The translations under genes were made by a program, and so were the position numbers. The notes below the pieces were generated by a model. It saw only the letters and a program-made list of their open reading frames with translations. It was not told the origin of the DNA and made no database searches. From positions 348,617 through 412,616 of the forward strand of contig DKJL01000010.1 in assembly GCA_002454815.1 (NCBI GenBank): DNA of 64,000 bases, written 5' to 3'. The DNA is from Flavobacteriales bacterium UBA6693. Its GTDB lineage: Bacteria; Bacteroidota; Bacteroidia; Flavobacteriales; Weeksellaceae. Below are positions 9,967-16,430 of the stretch, piece after piece (position 1 is the first letter of the stretch; every line of letters starts with the position of its first letter).

Positions 9967-11167
9967 ACGGATAGGTTTAATCGCCAAAATTAAAGATTTA
10001 GTTCTGATTGTGCTAATTTTTGTCGGATTTTGCACTTCACTGAAAGCCCAGAACATCGGCAAGCAATGCTTTAAAACGGGAGCCGACCGCCCCGAACTCT
10101 ATCTTCCTTTGCTTAAAAATAAAAACGTTGCCGTAGTCACCAATCAAACCGGTTTGCTGAGCGACGGAACATTTTTGGTTGATTTTCTCATTGGCAATAA
10201 AGTCGCGGTGCATACGATTTTCGCGCCTGAACACGGCTTCCGCGGCGAAGCAGACGCCGGCGAACATGTGAAAAACGGGACAGACAGCAAAACCGGAATT
10301 CCCGTGATATCGCTTTACGGAAGCTATAAGAAGCCTACCGCTGCACAACTGCAAAATATTGATGTGATTCTGTTTGATATACAAGATGTTGGCGTTCGAT
10401 TTTATACTTATATCTCTACTTTAACTTATTTAATGGAGGCTGCGGCGGAAAACAGTATTGAAATAATTGTGTTGGATCGTCCCAATCCGCACGACGGTTA
10501 TACCGACGGCCCCGTTTTGCAAACTAAATATCAAAGTTTCGTTGGCATGCACCGCGTGCCGGTCGTATACGGATTGACAATCGGCGAATATGGCGCAATG
10601 GTCAACGGCGAACGCTGGATGCAAGGCAGTAAGCAAGCTCAATATACGCTGATCCCGATGCAGAATTATCATAAGAAACAGCGCTATAAGTTGTCTGGTC
10701 GGCCGTCGCCCAATCTTCCCAATGATCAAGCGATCAATCTTTATCCGAGTTTATGTTTCTTCGAAGGCACGCGGGTTTCTGTGGGGCGTGGGACGGCATT
10801 GCCATTTCAGATTTACGGTTCGCCCTGGACGAAAAATTTGCCCTATACCTTTACGCCAAAACCAACCGCGGGCGCAAAAGATCCTTTTTTGAACGGTAAA
10901 ACGTGCTACGGTGAAAACCTTTCCTTGGCGGCCGCGAATCTTCGACAACTGGATTTACAGTGGTTATTGCGGGCTTACAAAAATTACAAAAACCCGAAAC
11001 AGGATTTTTTTCTGAGCAATTTATTTTTCGATAAACTGGCTGGCACCGACGAATTCCGGAAACAGATTATTGCCGGTAAAACAGAGGAGCAGATTCGGGA
11101 TTCGTGGAAAAAGGGACTTCAGGATTTTGAAAAAATGAGGAAAAAATATGTTATTTATCCGAACTGA
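9941..11167 (+). CDS. DUF1343 family protein, exo-beta-N-acetylmuramidase NamZ-like
   Basis: APEHGFRG and IDVILFDIQDVGVRFYTYIST blocks are characteristic of DUF1343. The signal peptide (..IKDLVLIVLIFVGFCTSLKAQ) is encoded upstream of any ATG. The start is ambiguous: TTG 9923, TTG 9941 or GTG 10010. Confidence 0.7.
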   Translation: MEKYNGNFKRIGLIAKIKDLVLIVLIFVGFCTSLKAQNIGKQCFKTGADRPELYLPLLKNKNVAVVTNQTGLLSDGTFLVDFLIGNKVAVHTIFAPEHGFRGEADAGEHVKNGTDSKTGIPVISLYGSYKKPTAAQLQNIDVILFDIQDVGVRFYTYISTLTYLMEAAAENSIEIIVLDRPNPHDGYTDGPVLQTKYQSFVGMHRVPVVYGLTIGEYGAMVNGERWMQGSKQAQYTLIPMQNYHKKQRYKLSGRPSPNLPNDQAINLYPSLCFFEGTRVSVGRGTALPFQIYGSPWTKNLPYTFTPKPTAGAKDPFLNGKTCYGENLSLAAANLRQLDLQWLLRAYKNYKNPKQDFFLSNLFFDKLAGTDEFRKQIIAGKTEEQIRDSWKKGLQDFEKMRKKYVIYPN

Positions 11168-11205
11168 TTTATCATTAAATTCTTTCGTAAATAATTAAAC
11201 TAGAA

Positions 11206-14200
11206 TTAAAAGCTTGCTTTCACCTGCATCGAACCGATGTGGATTGTTTTTTCCCCGGAACTCCTTCCTTCGTAATTCACATTCAACTGGATAAATGAAT
11301 TGATGGTCTGCTGCAGAAAAACGGACCACACCTGATTCCTGCCCACTTTTAAACCTTCCAACATTTGGTTGCCAACGATGGAGTATGCATTGCCTGTAAA
11401 ATCATTATTAATGAAAGAAAAATTTGCTCGTACCGATGTTTTTTTTCTTTCCCATTGCAGGCTGCCGGTAAGGTCCAGCGTTTTCAGCAGTTCTTCGCCA
11501 TCTTTCCTTGTTTTTGTGCTCCAGGCAGAAGACGCTTCCGCCTGCAGGGTTTCCGTCAATTTATAGGTTGCTTTCGGTTTTGTTTCGAAGTTGGCAAGCG
11601 CATAATCGCGGCTGCTGAAAAGCTGCGAAGAATTATGGATTTCCTGGACTTTATTTTCCCAATCCAGGCGCAAATTTTTCCCCCACCAATATCCTACATT
11701 CATAAAATGTGAAGACTGGCTCCGCGCCTCGTTGCTGAAGTTGGCATTGATGACTTGGTCGTTTGCGATGAAGCGGTAATTTCCGTTCCAGCCGGAGCGG
11801 TCGGTCGAATTAAACTGCGCCGAAGCGAGAATGTTTTGGTTCTTCAAAATCTGATCTGCACGATATTCAAATGGATTCAAAACTACGGTTTCGTCCTTTT
11901 TTAAATAAGAGTTCTGGGCGTTGACCGAAATATTGAAATTCCATCTTTTCAGAAAATTATTCTCAGAATTAAATATAATTGAGGGATTAACGAATACAGC
12001 CAGCTGCAACTTGTTTTTATTGGAAGGAAGATAAGAGACGGTATTGGTGTACACCCGGATATATTGCGCCAAATCTGCATATTCTGCCACTTCAAACTCG
12101 TCGAGCTGCTGGATTCCATCGCCATTATAATCGGTCCATTTATAAATACCCTGAGCGTCATTTACTTTAATATATTGAAATTCTCGTTGTGCTTCCTGGC
12201 CGTTTCCGAGCTCGTAAAAAGCCTGCAGTCGCATCCCATTGCTAAAAAGTTTTTGCTGATAAGTAATGTTACCAATAATAAAATCGCGGCTCGCTGCGCG
12301 TTGCAAACTCCGGTCATTGAGAAACTTACGGTAATGAGCAGATACGGCTAAAGTTGTCTTCTCATTTTTGATGAGTTCGCTTTGCGCTTCAAAACCCAAA
12401 ATAGTATTGATATTCTCGAGTCGGTTGACACGAATGGAATCATTGCTGCGCACATATAATTTGGCATTCAGACGGGTACGTACAGAATTGCTTATTTTTT
12501 TCTGAATGAACACTTCTTTCCAGCGAAAACTGGTGACATCCAACTCGGCAGATTCATTGTACTTTTTAAGATTATGTTCCAGGCCGCCGCCCAGCATCCA
12601 GCTTCCTTTTTCTCCGAAGCGCTCGGTCTGTACGCCGGCGCGCAGAAACTGTGTATCCTGCAGATCCGCCCGGGTATCGAGATAGGATAATTTGCCGGTG
12701 CTGTGATAATTTTTTTGTTTCCAGGAAAAATCGAGATCATTTTTTACGCCTGTATAAGTTTCTTGCTCGCTGAGATAATTAAAACGGTAATTTAAAAAAG
12801 AACCGTTCTTCCATTCATTTAAAAAACCCACTTTTACCTGATTTTGTGCAATCTGGTTAAACTCTCTGGTCAGATTAAAATCTTTCGCAAATTCGATAGT
12901 ATTAATACGGTCGAGGATGTGAAATTGTGAACTGATATGCTGCAATTCTATACTGGGTGTTCCCTGCCAGAAATTGGTGCGGAACGTTTTGTAGCCGAAC
13001 AATCTCGCTGCGAAACCGATATTTTCCTGCGCATCTTTACCCGAAAATAAGTTAACGTCGTAGTTGCTGAGTGAAACATCAGCGCCAATTTTCCCCTCGT
13101 TTAATTCAAAAGCAGCATTTCCCGAAAAAACCTGTGTCTTCTGCGGCGCCGGCAGTTTCCGCACGGCTCGATAAGAACCGCTTCCGGTGCCGACATATTC
13201 GAAAACCCGACCGTTGTTGATGGTTTGTTTCAGCCGGTAATCGCCATTATTCTCACCAAAATAAGTAAAAGCTACTTGATATAAAGTCTTAGTTTGGTCG
13301 GTGGAGAATTCGTAATAATTGCCGGTCGGACTTTCTATTGATTCGTAAAGTATTTTATTGACATCGTATTCCGCCGCGATTCCGGAAGGTGCGTACATCA
13401 GGTCCGGATCATTTCCGGCTTCCGACAGGATTTTTTCATCTTCCGGGGAGAGGTTCAGTGCAAGCGGCGCATTTTTATTATCATTTTCCAGAAACCAGTT
13501 GATTCCGGCCGTCATCCGCTTTCTTGCATGCTGGATGCCGCCGCTTACAAGAAAACGCGTATAGTTTCGGTTGGTATAATTATATGAAATGGTAATACTG
13601 TACTGCTGAAAAATGGGACGGAAACTGGTGAACGTAATTTCTCCTGTGTTATAATTAATAACGTAATCCTGACTTTCGCCGCGTTTCATCAAAATTCCGT
13701 CGATGAAAACCTGTTCCGATCCCGAGAGAACGGTGATGAATTGTTCGCCGTTTTTACCGGTAAGACGGTACGGACCCTGATTCCCCTCAATACCATCAAA
13801 GCGGATGCGGTGAAACTCACTGCGCGCCACGCCGGCAGAAAGATCGATAAGTGTTTTATTTTCCTTTCCGATTTCGGTGGCAAACTGGAGACCCATACTG
13901 CGGCGCTGAAAACGGCCAAAATGCGTGGTGTTATCAAGCAGATCCAGATGTCCTGCACGAAGCACGGATTTTTCTCTGATGTTCAACTGCAGATATATTT
14001 TATCAAATTCTTCCAAAGTTTGCGTGTAACCGTCGGCTTGCATGGGCAGATTGTGATCTGATATTGAAGCGATAAGCGACACGTCTTCAGACAGCCTGCC
14101 CGAAATTTGCAAATCCATCGAGCTTTGTACACTTTGTCCCTGGTTATTGCCAAAGGTAATCCCGCGGATGATCGAACCTTTGGAATTCAAATTGGCGAGT

Positions 14201-14493
14201 GGACTGGACGCGTTCTTTGCCTTTACAGCGTCATCAATTATGATTTGGTTGGGCAGCCGAATAAAATCTAAAGTATCGCGTACAAACAAGTCACGGTTGA
14301 TTTTTGCGGCCAGTATAGAGTCACGCTGGAGAGAATCCCGGGTAGTATTAGCATTGTTCCAGGAGAAGACCTGTGCATTTGTAGTAATAAATGCAGCCAG
14401 AATGATAAAAATGATAAAGGTCTTTCTTCCCAAACCGTTAAAAGTAGTTGGTAAAAATAACGAAAAAAGTATCTTTAAGAACTGTGTTGGCAT
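11206..14493 (-). CDS. Large (1095 aa) predicted outer-membrane protein, function unknown
   Basis: It starts at an ATG and has a signal-peptide-like N-terminus ending TTNAQ. The sequence is Asn/Ser/Tyr/Phe-rich with an alternating pattern throughout, and the C-terminal residue is Phe (VKASF), as in OM beta-barrels. No plug, POTRA or TPR motif was recognised. Confidence 0.75.
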   Translation of the reverse strand: MPTQFLKILFSLFLPTTFNGLGRKTFIIFIILAAFITTNAQVFSWNNANTTRDSLQRDSILAAKINRDLFVRDTLDFIRLPNQIIIDDAVKAKNASSPLANLNSKGSIIRGITFGNNQGQSVQSSMDLQISGRLSEDVSLIASISDHNLPMQADGYTQTLEEFDKIYLQLNIREKSVLRAGHLDLLDNTTHFGRFQRRSMGLQFATEIGKENKTLIDLSAGVARSEFHRIRFDGIEGNQGPYRLTGKNGEQFITVLSGSEQVFIDGILMKRGESQDYVINYNTGEITFTSFRPIFQQYSITISYNYTNRNYTRFLVSGGIQHARKRMTAGINWFLENDNKNAPLALNLSPEDEKILSEAGNDPDLMYAPSGIAAEYDVNKILYESIESPTGNYYEFSTDQTKTLYQVAFTYFGENNGDYRLKQTINNGRVFEYVGTGSGSYRAVRKLPAPQKTQVFSGNAAFELNEGKIGADVSLSNYDVNLFSGKDAQENIGFAARLFGYKTFRTNFWQGTPSIELQHISSQFHILDRINTIEFAKDFNLTREFNQIAQNQVKVGFLNEWKNGSFLNYRFNYLSEQETYTGVKNDLDFSWKQKNYHSTGKLSYLDTRADLQDTQFLRAGVQTERFGEKGSWMLGGGLEHNLKKYNESAELDVTSFRWKEVFIQKKISNSVRTRLNAKLYVRSNDSIRVNRLENINTILGFEAQSELIKNEKTTLAVSAHYRKFLNDRSLQRAASRDFIIGNITYQQKLFSNGMRLQAFYELGNGQEAQREFQYIKVNDAQGIYKWTDYNGDGIQQLDEFEVAEYADLAQYIRVYTNTVSYLPSNKNKLQLAVFVNPSIIFNSENNFLKRWNFNISVNAQNSYLKKDETVVLNPFEYRADQILKNQNILASAQFNSTDRSGWNGNYRFIANDQVINANFSNEARSQSSHFMNVGYWWGKNLRLDWENKVQEIHNSSQLFSSRDYALANFETKPKATYKLTETLQAEASSAWSTKTRKDGEELLKTLDLTGSLQWERKKTSVRANFSFINNDFTGNAYSIVGNQMLEGLKVGRNQVWSVFLQQTINSFIQLNVNYEGRSSGEKTIHIGSMQVKASF

Positions 14494-14520
14494 TATTTTC
14501 GCATATCGGTGTTTTTTAAT

Positions 14521-14550
14521 TTGCCCATAACTATATATGGTGTAAATTTG
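14521..14550 (+). promoter_or_regulatory. Candidate Bacteroidota promoter (TTG-N19-TAAATTTG)
   Basis: TTG at 14521-14523 and TAAATTTG at 14543-14550 are separated by a 19-nt spacer. The element is 36 nt upstream of the ATG at 14586. Confidence 0.5.
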
Positions 14551-14585
14551 CCTTATAACTAATTATTAATTAAATATTTATCAAG

Positions 14586-15446
14586 ATGAAAAAAATCTAT
14601 TCTCTACTTGCAGGTGTAATGCTGGCAGTAACATTGAATGCGCAGGCAGTGCCAACTCCCGGAACTTTTACAGTTACTTATGATTTCGATGAAGCTCCAA
14701 ATGCAGATCCGGGTACGGTAGTTGGTGACAACGTAACTGCTTCCAGTTTTATTGCAGTGGGTCTTAATTCTACGACGACTGGAAACCGATTTGCGTGGAG
14801 CGGATTCCCTGTTTCAGCAACGATGGACGAAAACAAGTATTTCGAAGTTACAATCACACCCGCTGCGAATTACAAAATGACCATTACTTCGATCACGTTT
14901 GCTGTTCAGCGTTCTGGTACAGGGCCGAGAACTTACGTGGTACGTTCAAGCGTTGATACATTTGCGGCCAACAAACCTGCGGCTATTAACAATGGAAATC
15001 CAGAGCTGGAGATCCTTGCAAACAATCAGTTTCATTACACAAATGATATCAGTGGAAGACAAGAGGGGAGTAGCATTGTGCCAATTAAAATCATTGATAT
15101 CACGGCACCGGTAAAACTACGTTTTTACGCTTATGATGCAGAAGCTAGCGAAGGGACTTTCAGTATCGATGACGTAGTGATCAGCGGTAAATTGGAATCA
15201 GTATTAGCCACGGATGAAAGTGCACTTGCAAGAGCGAACTTTGTAAAAAATACAGTTGTAGCCAACAATATTTTATTTGGTGCGAAGTCCAATATTCAGA
15301 TTGTAAACATGAACGGCCAGGTAGTGAAGTCTGCTTCTGTAAATGATGGTACTTCCCTGGATGTTGCATCTCTACCAAAAGGAATGTATATCGTGACCGG
15401 TACCGTAGATGGTAAGCCTGTTTCACAAAAAATCATGAAAAAATAA
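14586..15446 (+). CDS. T9SS type-A C-terminal sorting domain protein, unknown N-terminal domain
   Basis: Signal peptide MKKIYSLLAGVMLAVTLNAQA. The C-terminal ~70 aa (NIQIVNMNGQVVKSASVNDGTSLDVASLPKGMYIVTGTVDGKPVSQKIMKK) match the Por secretion tail pattern. Confidence 0.8.
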   Translation: MKKIYSLLAGVMLAVTLNAQAVPTPGTFTVTYDFDEAPNADPGTVVGDNVTASSFIAVGLNSTTTGNRFAWSGFPVSATMDENKYFEVTITPAANYKMTITSITFAVQRSGTGPRTYVVRSSVDTFAANKPAAINNGNPELEILANNQFHYTNDISGRQEGSSIVPIKIIDITAPVKLRFYAYDAEASEGTFSIDDVVISGKLESVLATDESALARANFVKNTVVANNILFGAKSNIQIVNMNGQVVKSASVNDGTSLDVASLPKGMYIVTGTVDGKPVSQKIMKK

Positions 15447-15468
15447 GTTATTTTAACTTGAGAAATAG

Positions 15469-15496
15469 AGGTTGCCTTTGCGGGCAACCTTTTTTG
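15469..15496 (+). terminator. Rho-independent terminator
   Basis: Stem aggttgcc(15469-15476)/ggcaacct(15483-15490), followed by T-run 15490-15495. Confidence 0.7.
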
Positions 15497-15543
15497 TTTA
15501 GATCAAAAGATCAACCTTCTCCAACATAGTTATAATTAATTTG

Positions 15544-15551
15544 TAAATTTG
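15544..15551 (+). promoter_or_regulatory. Candidate -7 box (TAAATTTG)
   Basis: Exact TAnnTTTG match 41 nt upstream of the ATG at 15592. The extended box TGTAAATTTG is the same as upstream of the preceding cargo gene. Confidence 0.4.
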
Positions 15552-15591
15552 ATATTCAAAGTATAATTATTAACCACAAAAATTATTTACA

Positions 15592-16374
15592 ATGAAAAAG
15601 ATTTTTACATTTTTAGGAGCAGTTGCTTTCGGAACTTTTGTGTTCTCACAGGAATTGCTGGTAAATCCGGGTTTTGAGGCAGGCCTTGCACCATGGACTG
15701 CGGGTCCAAGCTCAGGATATACAGCTCCTGCCATCGAAACTTTAAATCCACACGGAGGAAATAATTATGCCTCCTATTCCGGGGTTACGGCAACTACGGG
15801 CTTCTACCAAAATGTTCCGGTTTCTGCAGGTCAAACGTATGTGATCTCCTTCTGGTATAAATCCGCCGGTGACGATTCAGACACACGATTGTGGAGTATA
15901 TTTAGAACCGCTGCAGGCGCTGGTGCAGTATATACAACGCCGAGTGCAATTGAAGATGCCTTCCGAACAAATAATCAGTACCTCGCCAATGCTGGGGCCT
16001 GGACCAAATACACTGCTGAAATGCCCGCCGGGCCCGGAGCCACCGTGCTGGAAGTTGCCGTAAGAGCATACTCCGGTGCCACGATCGCGGAATTTGACGA
16101 TTTTTCTGTGATGGATAAAGCAACGATGGCAGTATCCGACGTTTCGTCATTCGATAAGATGGTGAAAATGAATACGAGAGTGACGAATGAACTTAAAGTA
16201 TTTCTTCCCGAAAAATCAACCGTGAATATTTACTCCGTTGATGGCAAATTAATCAGTTCGAACCGGATTAATGACGGTGAAACCATCAATACTTCTTCGC
16301 TCGCGAAAGGAATGTACATCGTTACCGTAGACAACGGCGCCGCTAAAACCAGTCGCAAAATAATGAAGAATTAA
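15592..16374 (+). CDS. T9SS type-A C-terminal sorting domain protein with CBM4/9-like carbohydrate-binding module
   Basis: Signal peptide. The N-terminal domain opens LVNPGFEAGLAPWTAG, the usual start of CBM_4_9-type jelly rolls. The C-terminal tail VNIYSVDGKLISSNRINDGETINTSSLAKGMYIVTVDNGAAKTSRKIMKN fits the sorting domain. Confidence 0.8.
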   Translation: MKKIFTFLGAVAFGTFVFSQELLVNPGFEAGLAPWTAGPSSGYTAPAIETLNPHGGNNYASYSGVTATTGFYQNVPVSAGQTYVISFWYKSAGDDSDTRLWSIFRTAAGAGAVYTTPSAIEDAFRTNNQYLANAGAWTKYTAEMPAGPGATVLEVAVRAYSGATIAEFDDFSVMDKATMAVSDVSSFDKMVKMNTRVTNELKVFLPEKSTVNIYSVDGKLISSNRINDGETINTSSLAKGMYIVTVDNGAAKTSRKIMKN

Positions 16375-16399
16375 TCGCATAGATAGCGTACTTCAAACA

Positions 16400-16427
16400 G
16401 CGGTTCCCTCAGGAGCCGCTTTTTTTT
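16400..16427 (+). terminator. Rho-independent terminator
   Basis: Stem gcggttcc(16400-16407)/ggagccgc(16412-16419) with one G-U pair, followed by a T8 run at 16420-16427. Confidence 0.7.
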
Positions 16428-16430
16428 AAT

